A DNA stretch of 64,000 nt from Phoronis australis (Eukaryota > Animalia > Phoronida): assembly GCA_002633005.1 (NCBI GenBank), contig NMRA01000624.1, forward strand, positions 111,109-175,108, written 5' to 3'. The notes under the pieces were generated by a model. It did not search any database and was not told the DNA's origin. It saw nothing but the letters and a program-made list of their open reading frames with translations. This document shows, piece after piece, positions 14,071 to 27,516 of the stretch. Every line of letters starts with the position of its first letter. Positions within the stretch are counted from its first letter, which is position 1. The position numbers and the translations under genes are program-made.

Positions 14071-15583
14071 ATAACTGACCTTACGCCAGCAGAAGATCGC
14101 TGCGCCCATGATGTCACGTGATGCGGAAGTCCGACATCGCAGAATGGTTTCGTCAAACAAGACCGGTGTGCTAACTGATATTCACGCACACTTGACGACT
14201 TCGGAATGTTGCCAGTCTGTTGTTTTATATCTGAGTTATATACTACATACATGTCAACCAATACGGGAGTGACTGCGTATTTGCTCAGTAGGCCTACGTG
14301 CTTGCCGTTTCTATAGCGCCACGGCGTAGCGCCAAGATGCTACGTATTTTCAGTAATTAATGTGCGTTTTTTCCGATGTTTATAATAAACTCTTCAATTC
14401 TTCGCTTTGGCTTTTACTGACGATATTTGTCGAGATAATAACTTATCTCGAGCCTTGCTGAGGAGTTACGAAGGAATAGGAATAGACCTATAACAAAACT
14501 CACATTCATTATAGATACAAGAGCCTCTAATAGGTATGTATACATGTAGGTAGGCATGCAATGCATTTTGACTCTTGATTGACTATATTTTAACTCCTTT
14601 TCGTCAGTGCTATGAAAATGGTTGTCATGGTTATAATGAACCAGAAAGTGATCACAACTGCGGCGGGTCACACACTTAACAAAGACTGTAATCCAGAGCC
14701 AAAATTCCGATATTGGGAAGAAATATTGAAAAGTATGCATACCTTAAAACATACTTGTGTTTAGCTTTCGAGTGGTCAAACAGTGTTGACAGGCGCTGCT
14801 CATGCGGGAGTACCCACAGTTTAATTAATCCACCGTTTGCTCATTACAACGTCACTTTTAGGCATTGGAAAAAAACAGAAATTGACAGGACTTTCATCTT
14901 TGTCGGTATAACGACTGTCTGAATTACACACACCACAACACCTCTTGGCCATTTAAAATGCACATTGCAGTTGAACGTGCTTTGTCCTACAGCCGCTAAT
15001 GTTTGTCGGACAAGATGGCGACTTGAACTGTAGTCTGGAGGAGTGTCCGGAATGCAGCATTCTGATTGGTCAATCACACCTGGCATTCGTTTTCTGGCGT
15101 AAGGCCAATTTCTAGAGTTTCGACAACAGGGACATTACTTAATAGACTTTCAACATCGAAAGATGCAGGATAGGAATTTGGTGTTGCGTCAATAGATCGC
15201 AATAAATCTAAAAACTCATCACGAGATTTGACATTGTACTTACATGTAGGATAAGCACTGTTTGGTGATTTTATCTAATATTTTAGCAACTTCGTAGGTA
15301 GAGGTTAAAATTAAAGAAATTATGGGTCTCAGTGGATATCCAAGCTTATGTGTTTAAGGGTTACCGTAACACTATCCTTCTGAAAAATCACCATTAGCAG
15401 TTTGGCAATACCTCTATTGGCCATTAGCTAGCTTAATTAACGAGTTAGTTCTTTCCGGGCTTAAGACTTAAACCAGTACGGGTTTTTCTCTGTGCGGACT
15501 AAGGATTGTGATAAATGAGCCACCGGGACAATAGTAGTTGGAATTCAGAAAGAAAAATGAAATAGTTTTTGATTTCATCGCAG

Positions 15584-15780
15584 ATGATGTTGCCCCGTCC
15601 CTAACGTCTACCACGATGACATCTACACGTGCAATGGAATTTTGTTGTATCCCAATGACATTTTCGAAACTGAACTGTCTGCGTTTGTGTCTAAATCATC
15701 GAAAAGCTGAAATTAGTCCATCCTCCCTGCAAAATTACGTAGCTGATGCACATTTCCGCGTCGTGTACATGTATGATTGA
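15584..15780 (+). other. Possible Ser/Thr-rich exon downstream of ShKT exon 2, paralogous to 6073-6332
   Basis: gatttcatcgcag|AT is a phase-1 acceptor compatible with the exon 2 donor. It reads DDVAPSLTSTTMTSTRAMEFCC... to a stop at 15780. Confidence 0.3.
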
Positions 15781-17291
15781 ACACACGACGTATAACGCAC
15801 ACATCCTTATCTGGGTTCAAAATACATTTAAATGTAGCTCGGAGCAGGTCCAAAGATTAACCTGATTTCAGATCTAAAGAATGTAAACTAATGTATTTTC
15901 CATTACGTGTACCTCGACAGCGTGTAGCTACATGTACAACACGCCTTTGTGCCAATTTCAGTGCAGATTTCTGCACAACGTTCAAATCGTGAACAAATAT
16001 CGGATGTAAGAAAACCTTGCTGCACTTGCTCATATTTACTATCACATAGTTGTGAAATGTAAAATCTGAAATGTAATTTTACGGAAGCACAACATATACG
16101 TGTATATTACTTACTCTCGGTGTCAAAATTTTATGTTATGTGAAATCTCACTTTGTAATGGTGAAATATAGATCAATTGGCATGCTCTGTTCAAAATCTC
16201 TCGTGCACATACATGTATACAACATGAGCCACGACCTGGGCCCATGTTCTTATCTTTTTACTCGAAAGTTCGTTTGGCATTGTCGACTCTACTTTTGTGC
16301 GCACCCTATTATTCTATGCTCGAGTGCATCATGACTTTTGTCCTAGTTTGATAAACCCAGCATTAAGGCTAAAAGCTCGTATTTGAACTCGAAATCTCAG
16401 TATTTACTCGAGTTTGTAGTACGAATATCAGGGTCATCAAGTGCAAACATGGAGTAGAAACTCTTAAGCGTAACAATAACGTAGATGTAGTCAAGCAAAG
16501 TCTAATAACCCTTTATATTGAGTTCGCACAAAAGTAATATAGAAATTGCCAAAAATAATTTCAAGTTCGTTTCGAGTACAAAGATTAAATTCTCGATATA
16601 ACTTAATGTTCTTGTGATATATATTCCAGTGTATTCTTATTTACATGTACAGTGTATTGACTTGATTCTTCGCTTCACTGTGCTTGGTTTGCCGTTTTAT
16701 GCACGATGTGGTTTTAATCGTTTATGCCATCAAAGATACAGGTTTTCACGTCTAGAGCCCATATCTAAATTGCATGTACGTTCTAATAATTCAGCAGACG
16801 TCTAAGATATCTGCCTGACCCATTAGAGGCATTGCTGACCACTTTGATTTAGTATTTTTGTTTTGATGCACTTTGTTTTTTCACATATTCACAACTATTT
16901 GCATCACTGGCGTCATCATTGCCGTCTTAGCTGTGGTATTTTGCCACGTCTCGCTCTCTCAAGTTATCTAATTTTGATGTCTGCCGTTACATGTAAATTG
17001 CTGCATGTAATTACTAGACGATATCTGTTTACTGTAAAAATGTGTTAACAAGTAAGAAACGCTTGACTACGATCAAACATAAAGTAAGGAATTCAAAAGG
17101 ATACTGTCAACGAAAGATTGAATTCAATATTAAGTAAACATTTTCTCATGTTAGTCTTCCCTACCAATTACAATACATCAAAACATTGCGCCTAATTATG
17201 TAGATTGCGCCTTTTTGACCAAGTATTTCCAGCTTGATGAATGTTTACATGTTCACCCAATATGTCCATTGTAATCGTAATAACAATAAAA

Positions 17292-19662
17292 GTAACTGGA
17301 ATTATTATGGGAACTTACTGACAGCAACCCGTTTACCAATATGAAAAGGATTTTTTTAAAACTGTAGGAGAAATTACATATTTTTTGATGACCTTTCCAC
17401 TAATTGACCCCTTCCGGTGCATTGTGAGCCCCGATGAGGGAATAATTGTTAACTCTATAAAAGTGTGGTTAATGCTAATAATCACAGATGTTTTACTTTA
17501 AGCACTTCAGAATACAAGATGAATGAAGCGGTCAAACTTTCAGAAGAAAAATGCACCTAATGACCCCATGGATGCTCCAAATGACCTGAAAATTGAGAAT
17601 TCAAACTCAATGGCACTTAGTAAACAGATATGTAATTCTAAAGTCTCTCGTGCAAAATTTTAGTTTGCACTGAATGACCTTTGAACTATTTTTTCTGACA
17701 GGTTAGGCCTATTGCAAAGTAAAGTAGGGTACTCAAGTGGCATGTTGATTTACATCAGTGTGCTGAAATTGAAAAGAATTCCTTGAAAAACGTAAGAGAT
17801 ATAACATTTTGAACGTTACACGACCTTTGTACTAATTGATCATATCCGGTGTATTATAAGCGTCTGTACAAGAATTATTGCAAAGCCCATGGAAAATGTG
17901 TTTAACGCTGAGAATCACGTTTGTCTAACGGTTGATACATCAGAATACATGTACCTTTTGCTTGAAAAAGTCAAATTTTCTGAAGAAAATTGCACCTAAT
18001 GACCCCATGTTTGCAATAAATGACCTGAAACTTTGGATTCCGATTTGATTTACCTGTGGCAATCAGACCTGTCAATTTGGAGTGTCTAGCTCAAAATTTT
18101 AGTTTGCACCTAATGACCTTTGACCAATTTCACCTGATTGGATTACCTGATTACTTAAAAAAATAACTTTTTAATACGCCTTATTAAAATATACCTGTGT
18201 AACGAATTTGAAAAGAATAGCTTTTAAAATAAAGGAGTAGCATTTTGAAAATTACATGACCTTTGCACCAAATGACCTTTTCCGGTGCATTATGGAATAT
18301 GAATATATAATTAATCAAAATTTATATACTGACTAACATTAAATTTTAAATTTGAGAAACATACCTACAACCATTTTGGAGTTATTAAGTGTCAAAGTTG
18401 GTCGGAAGAAGAATATGAATAAGAATAAGAAGAACTAGAAAGATTGTTGTCACGCTGACTCTGCGCGTGCGTATTTAAGGAATTATTATGGGAAGTTGTT
18501 GACAGCAAACCGTTTACCAATATGAAAAGGAATTCTTTAAAATTGTAGGAGAAATTACATGTTATTATTTTGATGACCTTTCCACTAACTGACCTCTTCT
18601 GGTGCATTATGAACCCCGATGAGGGAATAATTGTAAAACCAATTCAAAGTATGGTTAATGCTAAGAAACACAGATGTTTTACTTTAAGCACTTAAGAAAA
18701 CAACATGAATGAATTGATCAAACTTTCAGAAGAAAAATGCACCTAATGACCCCATGAGTCCACCAAATGACCCAAAAATATAAAATTCAAACTCAATCGG
18801 ATTTAGTAAACAGATATGTAATTTTGAAGTCTCTAGCTCAAAATTTTAATTTTGCACTCAATGACCTTTGACCTATTATTTCTGATTGGTTAGGCCTATT
18901 GCGTAGTTAAGTATGTTGTTCAATTGGCATGTTGACTTACATGTACACTAGTGTGCTGAAATTGAAAAGAATTCCTTGAAAAACGTGAGATATAACATTT
19001 TGAACGTTACATGACCTTTGCAATAATTGACCCTATCCGGTGGATTATGACCATTTTAAAAAAAATATTACAAAGCCCGTGAAAAGTGTGCTTATGCTGA
19101 GAATCACAGTTGTCTGACGGTTGACACATCAGAATGAAAAGGACTAATTTTCTGAAGAAAAATGCACCTAATGACTCCATGGTTGCACTAAATGAACTGA
19201 AAGTTTGTATTTCGAATTGAATTAGACGTACGAATCAGACTTGCGAATTTGAAGTATCTTGCTCAAAACTTTAGTTTGCACCTAATGACCTTTGACCTGT
19301 TTTGTCTGATTGGATGATTCGATTACTTAGAAAAGTAATTTTTTAACTTGTCATGTTGACTTATGCCTCTGCATCGAATTTGTGAAAAAAATCAGTTTAA
19401 AACTGAAGGAGTAGCATTTTGAAAATTATATGACGTTTGCACCTCTTCCGGTGCAATATGGAATATGATTATATAACGATTCAAAATTTATGTACTGCCA
19501 AAAATCACATTTAAAGAACATACATGTATCTGCACACATTATGGAGTTATTAAGCCTCGAAGTTGGTCGGAAAAAGAATAAGAATAATAAGAATAAGAAT
19601 AAGAATAAAATTGAAGAAAACCCAGGAACAACAGTTCTCTGCTCTTACACGCGCAGAGTAAT
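17292..19662 (+). mobile_element. Two tandem Helentron-associated (HINE/DINE-1-like) non-autonomous elements (~17292-18431 and ~18432-19662)
   Basis: Two ~1.2-kb direct copies, each with ~430-bp internal repeats rich in TGACCTTTG and an (AAGAAT)n tract. Sub-terminal inverted repeat actctgcgcgtg (~18459) / cacgcgcagagt (~19648) and a 3' hairpin. Absent from paralogous unit 4 near 33080. Confidence 0.7.
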
Positions 19663-20196
19663 AACAATAAAAATAATTATAATAATGACAATTATAATTA
19701 GAACAAATTCAACATATTATTTCACATATCCATATAAACAATGGAAATTCAAAAATGTATTTCTTCATCAGCACTCCACTATTGCGAGGGGTTTTGTTAC
19801 ACTTCAGGGAAGGTGGCGCTAAGGTGAACCTTAGGCCACCTTACGTTACGATGAATATTTAACGAATTAAAGTAATCCACATTAAGGTGATGTTATGGTG
19901 GCTTTGAGCATTTGGATTTATGTTTATATTGAATTAGTGCTTAGTTAGTATGTCCTTACGATCAGGTGACGTCGAGTCGGACATCCATGGGTCAAAAGGT
20001 AGTCACCGGAACCCCAACAATAATTTAATCAATAGTTGTAACTGTATACCTACAAACAGAACCTATTAAAATATTGAATCTTGATATTCGTGTAATTGGC
20101 CGTGTATCTGTGTGACCCTCTGTTTTAATTCACATACTTTTCCTGAATTAACGATAAACTGTATACTATGTAACGTCAACTGGTGGCGTTTTGCAG

Positions 20197-20337
20197 CACC
20201 AAGAGCGTGTGTGGATGAAATCCAAGACTGCGATAAGGTTGAAGGAGGCAAAACAGTCTGCCTCAAATATGAATCGTGGGCAAGGGAATACTGCAAAGTC
20301 TACTGCGGCTTTTGTGCACCACCGTCGACCACCACAG
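20197..20337 (+). CDS. ShKT-domain exon 3 (phase 1-1)
   Basis: ttttgcag|CA ... ACAG|gtgagt, 141 nt. Translates as (A)PRACVDEIQDCDKVEGGKTVCLKYESWAREYCKVYCGFCAPPSTTT. Confidence 0.9.
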
Positions 20338-20668
20338 GTGAGTGGGAGGCGATCACCTGGGCTCTGAATGAAAAAGTTATCTTGAATCATATAGTAACGT
20401 ATACTGTGAGAAACAATGATATCCAGGTTCTCTATATTGTATACACTATTTAGGACTACGTGGCCATATTCGAAATCGTAAGTTTTTTTATGAAAACTGT
20501 TTATTGTATTTCTTCGCAATGATGCGCTTGTTGTTAAATTTCATTCATTTGTACAGGTTGGTGATGTTTGTTCAGGCATATTCTTTGTTGCGAATTCCGT
20601 GGAATATTCTCTATTCACGCTTGCGCCATAGCATTTCGAAAACGAGGCTGGGTTAGCGCGAAAACAAA

Positions 20669-23583
20669 ATGGCGGGTGTTAGCAGTGCAGCGTGGTCGCT
20701 GAGTTTAGAATATGTTTGTAAAATTTCTCAAGATGTTATCGATCGTTGGGCTGATGAAGTATGCAGAATCCCAAGCAGAAAGCAACAGAAAGGTCACAGC
20801 AACTGGATTGAAGGCTATTTTCATGACATAGAAGGTATTTATATTTCATTAAACGTTGGGATTTTCCAGGCATTTCCTCCTGTTCAGTTTCCTTTGGGCT
20901 TGGATATTGACAAAATCACTTCGTTTTTGTGTTCGATCTCTTGCTTATTATTCGTTCATAAAACTTGATATTTTATATTGAATTCATGCGAGTAACGTAC
21001 GCATTCTTCGCTACTCTTGTTAAGTATTGAACTGCGAGAAATCCACGTCCGGATTGTCCAGAGTGAACTGTGCTGGCTTGGCGAAAGCGACTCACGGCCT
21101 ATTGTCGGCATGGCAACCTATACATGTATGAGCTCAGCTGATTGTAGTAGCTTGAGGTCGACTGTGCCGCTAAGTTCTAAAAAGTTGCCAACCTACAGTG
21201 CAAGTTATACCATGGGCCACTATTCTGTAATTTTTGGTGACAGGTTAGAAGCCAGCAGCTTGACATTCTTTACTCGTAAATGCAACAAATATTTCCTTTT
21301 AAGTTTACATGTAGTAGTAAGTGGCCTACTGACAGTGCCACGCTAACATTAAAAATGCTTATGGATTACATTATAAAAAGATTGCGTGCAGTAAATGCTG
21401 ATGAGGCTTTCAAACCTTTAAGTAATTCCGAAAATTTTGGACTGAAGTCTGGTGGATCTAGGGGGTGAACATGCCCCCACCCCCTTCCAAACATCATCTC
21501 CCACTGTAAAACAAAATGTGGTCCATGTAAATTTTTGAAGAACATAAATTTCCTGGAATTAAATTACTCTAAATCGTAAATGCTTTATTTTCAGTGAAGC
21601 AGGACCAGGATTGCTAAAAGCAAAGTGTAACCATTCCATGCGAAAGAATAATGCTCCATACATGTATATTTCACAGGTAAACATACTTTACTTAAGTGCA
21701 AATTCTGCCTCGGCTCACGGTGGCTAATCCATTTAAAGTAGTTGTGACTTCAAAAAAGAAACATTTTTTGGATAACTGCCTCCTTTAATACCTTAACTTT
21801 GATTTACCGTTTTATATAAATCGAAATAAATTCAAAGGCAGGCATATTGAGAGATTCTTCACCAACCACTTCCCACTTTCCGACATTATGCCGAATGTGC
21901 GTCATTGTCAATTTCTCGCGTTGCAATTTTGGATTTATTTCAAGTTTTGAATATCGATTTCTCGACGATGCGCGAACAGATTGCTATGAAATTTTGAATA
22001 CTTGTTATTTGATACATTTCGAAGGGAAGTAACCGTGGTTACTAGTTTTGGATTTCATTAGTTAAGCCAATGTTGACTAATAGGTGGACATCCGAGACCA
22101 TGTCAGCCTGTCACTTCCCTTTACTAACAAAATCCAAATACCCATGATTAGACATTTCAACTTTATCTGGTATTTAAGTTGTTCATTTGTAACTAAAATG
22201 TTGAATAACAAAGATTGATATTGCAGATAGAATGTCAATTTGATTGGTCTAACATATGCCTTATGTCATTTCCAGGTTAAAGTCAAGCAGGGTGCAACAG
22301 TCGAGATCGGGGAGTCCTTGTGTACCTGTAAGGCAGGCAACGGCCAATGCAGCCACGTGATAGGTCTCCTCTATACTCTTTATCACTTCAAGAAGATGGG
22401 TTTTAAGAGCGTTCCACCCATCTTCGCAAAAACCTCCCTGCCCCAGGCATGGCATGTACCCCACAGGCAAGATGGGATAATGGTAAATCCTGTTGATGTC
22501 ATGGTTGTAAACAAAGTGTAGCCAGTGAAGACCAAGAAAAAATACAGGAAAGTGGTAGAAGGAGTTGTTCCAAAAATATTTTGCCCGGTGGAACAGCCAA
22601 TTACACCTGTAACTTTCACACGTCAGCTCGTATATAACCTTACCTCTATTAAATGTGACTCACATGCTCTCATTCTGCTGAGTAACTTGAGTGAACTCGA
22701 ACTGTCCGACTTTAAATTTGGTTAAGTACCACGAGGAAGTGTGCTATCGTTCCAACAGCCAGTGCCAGAGAAAATCATGGGGGACATTATTCATATTGAT
22801 TCTCCAGATCTGTCTATGTTTGACTTGTTGTCACTGTCAAATATGTACATGCCAACTTTGACAAAACGCAGATGGACAAACACAAAGGTTTGCACATTGA
22901 TAAAGACACTGCAATGCTTCTTGAGCAGTAGACGATGCTTCAGTCAGAATGCCAACAGTGAAGAGCAGCTAGAGCGGAACGACTGACTTCTAGTGTTTTT
23001 AAACGCATCGTCTCCAGAAGGAAAGTCTTTGAGAAATTAGCCAGTTACTTGACCACTACTAAGCGGTTGACCACTCAAGCTATGCAGCATGGGATTGATC
23101 ATGAACCTATCGCAGCCAAGAATTATGCAGACATGATGCATACCAGTGTCTATCTATGTAGGTTTGTGGTCTATCCCTATGCTCCATATCTTGGTGCGTC
23201 ACCGGAGAGAAGAGTGTATGACCCGTTGGCTAATCCACAGTTTTGTGTGCTCGAAATAAAATGTCCAGTTGTGCAGTCATTTAAAGAAAAAAGTACTTGA
23301 AGGAGAGAGAGATAGTGAATACAAGCTGTCAAAGCACCACGACTACTACCATCAGGTCATGGGCCAGATGGCCATCACAGGGTCGGCATGGTGGGATTTC
23401 TTTGGTCAGGCCAAAGCAGACTATCATTTGGAACGCATCTACTTTGATGCCTCATTGTGGGAAGTGATGAAAGTGAAACTGGACAAATTCATTTTGAGTA
23501 TTTCCTGTAGTTACTATTATGTGAATTTTAAATCGAACTGTCTGAAATTGACCATTTACTGTGTGCTAACACGTTCGTTGTAA
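20669..23583 (+). pseudogene. SWIM zinc finger + YqaJ (lambda-exonuclease-like) gene of the ISL2EU element; exons ~20669-20834, 21595-21676, 22276-23583
   Basis: SWIM motif CTCKAGNGQCSHV. YqaJ motifs RLTSSVFKRI, AMQHGIDHEPIA, YLGASPERRVYD...LEIKCP and HDYYHQVMGQMAITG. GT-AG introns are present, along with several stops and frameshifts. Confidence 0.9.
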
Positions 23584-23640
23584 TGTGCAGCGTGTTTTTA
23601 AATATAAGTATGTATTGATGATACGATATCTTTATATTAC

Positions 23641-26600
23641 CAGGAAGAGATAACCAGGAAGGGACAACTAGCTAAACCGGCGTTTTTGGCCTCCTTCCCC
23701 GAATTAATTTCAGGACTTATGTTTTGTTTAAAAGGAAACAGATGATTTTATCAGAGAGATTAAAGCTTTTTCTATAGAAGAATATAAAAAAACTCACTTT
23801 GCAACCTTAAACAGTGGTGTAATTGTACTTTGAAAATATCGACTTCAGCGCACTCAATCGCAACTTCCCACACGCAGTCACGTGTATTTAGCTTTTCCGT
23901 CGATGTATAGATGGCGCAGTAGTCAAGTACTCCCTCATTTGCATATCAAATTTGCATGTGGGAGTTCTGAGACTCTCGTCAGTTGTTGGTCGAGCCCTTG
24001 GGTGAATAAAGCGGTGACCTTCCGCTGAGAGCACCAGCTGATGAAGATATCACAGCGAACTCGATCGCTTCGCACTCAGGAGGTGAAAACACTCTCATGA
24101 CCGCAGTTTTGAATTCCAGCTAAGCAAGCCCTATTTCGAGGAGCGGACTTTGAATTGTTTTCGTCCCCTGACAGTGGACAGCAGAGAAGATTAAAATGAG
24201 GTCAACATCGAACTTTCAGCGGCTACCTATCGTGTCGACAAAAGTTTGAAGTGTCAGAACCATAGACGGAGCGCGCGGGTATTCTATGATTCCTGTTCTT
24301 CTTCAGTTGACGAAAACATTGCTATCGGCATAAAAAATGACCGTGGGAAATTCTTTTTGAGGTAGATACCTGTATCCAATAATAAATATTAATACTCTGT
24401 AATATCTCACCCTCCGAGTTTCGTTTCTTTGACGTTTATTTAGGTTGCGGTATCGTGAAACAACGCCGTCGGGTGAGAGAAGTTGCACCAAATAATTGGA
24501 ATTAGCTGCAGTTCTTCCTTTAGAATGCCCGGCCTCAACTGTGCCGTTTTCTTGGCAAGTCTCTTGCCTAACGATTTTTTTCTGAGCATTGAAGACATCG
24601 GCTTTCTCCTGCGCCAAACAACCTTTTGTCTGCTACAGAAATGTTATGCCTAATTTTCTACCATTTTAGCACACTTTGTGGCTCTGCTACAATTAGCACT
24701 GCCACAATCGTATTTCTTAATTCCGCCACAGTATGCATACTGGGAAGTTAATTTTGCTAGGTGTTTTTTCAAAATTAAGCCACAACAGTAACTGTTCATC
24801 ATTAAATGCCTCAAATTCCTCGACGCCATGGACATTTCCGTCAACACAAAACGCGCCCTTGCCATTCTTAAAAAAACGTGTATATGTGCTACAATTGCTT
24901 CGAAGGACCGGCAGTAACCGTGGCTGGAATGTTGGCAGCTTCGTGACTAGGTCTACATCTAACTCCTGTTGAAATTCGCCATACTTCAAAATTCTTGTTT
25001 GCACAGGTGCTGGTGATTGCCATTCAATGGTTTTCATAATAAAAGACTAGAAATCCGAGTTGTCACACACGTCCACTGGCTTGGTGCTGCCTTACATTTT
25101 CACTGGCCTCCTTGCTACAGTCGACTTGCGCAATAGACGAATTAGTGTCCACATTTGTGGTCATTTGCCGGGTACAGGCCCATGAGACAAGTTGCAGCAA
25201 CAAATTCAGAACGAATCCTTAAACCTTTTTACACGCACAATTAAATGCGCAAAAATGCTCCTGTATTTCTTAAACCTTTAATTTAATGCTCAAGCTATAC
25301 AACGAATACGTGTTGAAGCACAACATTGACCTTGGACCAAAGATGGACTCCTTGCATCAGAACCTTAGTAAGCGGGGGGAGGGCGAGTCCAACCCCCCAA
25401 AAAATTGCATACCTCAGGGTCAAACCATGGCAACCGACAAAGGTGTGGGACTGGGGAAGGACAAAAAAGAAAGACTTCGAATACTGATCAGAGAGAAAAT
25501 TCAAGAGAACATTGACAACTCGGTATCAGTGTATGGTTTACCATTTGAGGGCCCTGTCCTGGACAATTGTCGTTAGGGTCTCCGTTTATGCAGCATAGGT
25601 CGTCTAAGCGTCCTTGAAAATGTGCACTTAATCATTCATACATGTACATGTATATCGAACATTCGCGAAAATTTGTAAAGCAACAGTTTTGCGGAGCGTA
25701 TTACTTCAGTCCAAGTTTTTCAGTGGTCCGTAGGCGGTGCACTACGGGGGGGGGGGCTGAGAGGACTTTAGCTTTCACTTTTTTTAGTACTGCGCCCTCT
25801 ATACACCTCAGGCATGACACTGCCAACTACTCACGAGGGGAAGTTGAGATTCCAAATTCATCAAAAACACAAAACATTCGTGCACAGCACAGAAGCTGTC
25901 TTGTAAGAAATGGCGATGCGTCACTGAACTTTGTTGAAGCCTGAAGGCTGACTTGCAAAAATTCGATCCATCATCAGACCACCATATCGCAAAGAAGTAC
26001 ATTAAACGATAACAGTGATATTCATGAATGTCGGGCAGCTCTAAATGCTTCATTGAATTAAAAACTAGACTAATGAAATTCAAAAATTTACAAACCGTAG
26101 ATCGAAAAAGAAGTTCAAGTCATTGCTCATCAATTTGGAAAGGTTGTCTTTGATGCTTGTAGTTCCCAGTAGTATTGTGCAATGAATTTAGGTTCTTCTA
26201 AACCGAATCGTTTGCTTGCCATTCCCGTGCATTCTGTAAAGGCTGGACACGTCGTGACTCAGTGACGCACCCACGTTAAAAATAAGGTGTAGTCATGCCG
26301 CCAGTAGCCTGCCCGCGTAGAATCCGCGCACAGTGATTGACTGGAAAAGAACTTGAACTGCACTGAGGGGTTGAAGTTGTGTCATTTTGGGACACCGCGT
26401 TCATTTTCCCCAGCCGCCCGGGAGAAGCTGGAGCAGTGGCCGTGTTTCAACAAGGAGTTTTGACACAGCTCTGTACGCCAAGGATTTCGGGATCATATCT
26501 TTCAAATAATCATCAGGAAAGGACCGTATTGAAATGAACTTTTCCCGAAACTGGGTCAAAAAAACGACCTTGGAGCCAGAACACGGGTATAGGTTCAAGT

Positions 26601-27347
26601 TAAGCCGCACGTCTCAAATGAATCATAGCGGAGCTGACCAGCGACTAGCATTAGTTCGTCGAATTGCGCATGAACCATAGCAGAGCTCACCAGCGACTAG
26701 CATTAGTTTGTCGAATTGCGTATGCATGGATCAGACTTCCCTGCGACGCCACGACACCGGCCACCGTGGCGGGAGCAGCTAATTTCTTGACTAACACCTG
26801 CTGGATTTAAGCAAAATGACGAAGTCCACGCATACACACATGCAAGCGTATCCAAATACAATTAAATGTTTTTCCATGTGAAACCATTCAATGTTCTTTG
26901 AACATTGACTTGTGTGCGTTCTTAATTTTCTTAGATCTGCCCAATCAGGTAGAACTGTGTTTCAAGTCATTCACTATAGGCAACTGAGGGTTCAAATTGG
27001 AAGCCCGCGTCGTATGATGTTGTATGACGTCATATGACGTAGGAGATGCGAGCCTCATTTGCATATATTAGTGACATCTGTTGGTTCAAAAAAGAGGATC
27101 ATGCCCGAGTACATGCCTGGGAAGAGGCATCTTTTGGAAGGGTAAAACAAGTCATGTTCAAAGCATCCTAGTGCCATTAATATGCAGTATTTGGGGACCA
27201 AAGTGGTGTCATTTTATCCCTAAAGAGTTAAGCTTTCAAACACAATGCTTGGATTCCAGACGACTTTAACATTTACTTTTGAAATCACCTTTGAAAACAC
27301 GTTAAAATGCGCTAAAACAGTTGTCCCTTCCTGGTTATCTCTTCCTG
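23641..27347. mobile_element. 3.7-kb TIR element nested in ISL2EU, possibly P-element superfamily, non-autonomous
   Basis: Perfect 29-bp TIRs caggaagagataaccaggaagggacaact (23641-23669 and 27319-27347), with the 7-bp TSD atattac at 23634-40 and 27348-54. The superfamily is inferred only from the CA.. ends and the 7-bp TSD. Confidence 0.88.
26624..26728 (+). repeat. Two-copy ~52-bp tandem repeat
   Basis: catagc(g/a)gagct(g/c)accagcgactagcattagtt(c/t)gtcgaattgcg(c/t)atg occurs twice. Confidence 0.9.
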
Positions 27348-27516
27348 ATATTACTTATAAAATTCGTCACATTTAGCACATAGTATTGCTTATGATTGAA
27401 ATATCACAGTGTAAATCTTGTGACCTGCTACATGGCATCTCATGCTTTTGAGCAGTTTACTAACAATTGTTAAATACTAACAACTCCATGAGCCCCGAGT
27501 AACACCAGTGTCAAAT

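Noticed and set aside
17292-19662. Regularly spaced repeats as a CRISPR-like array
   Set aside because: The units are ~430-bp homologous tandem repeats without unique spacers, in a eukaryotic transposon context with no cas genes.
22240-23583. YqaJ domain as phage or bacterial contamination or horizontal transfer
   Set aside because: It contains introns and lies within the TIRs of an ISL2EU-type element, where this gene is expected.
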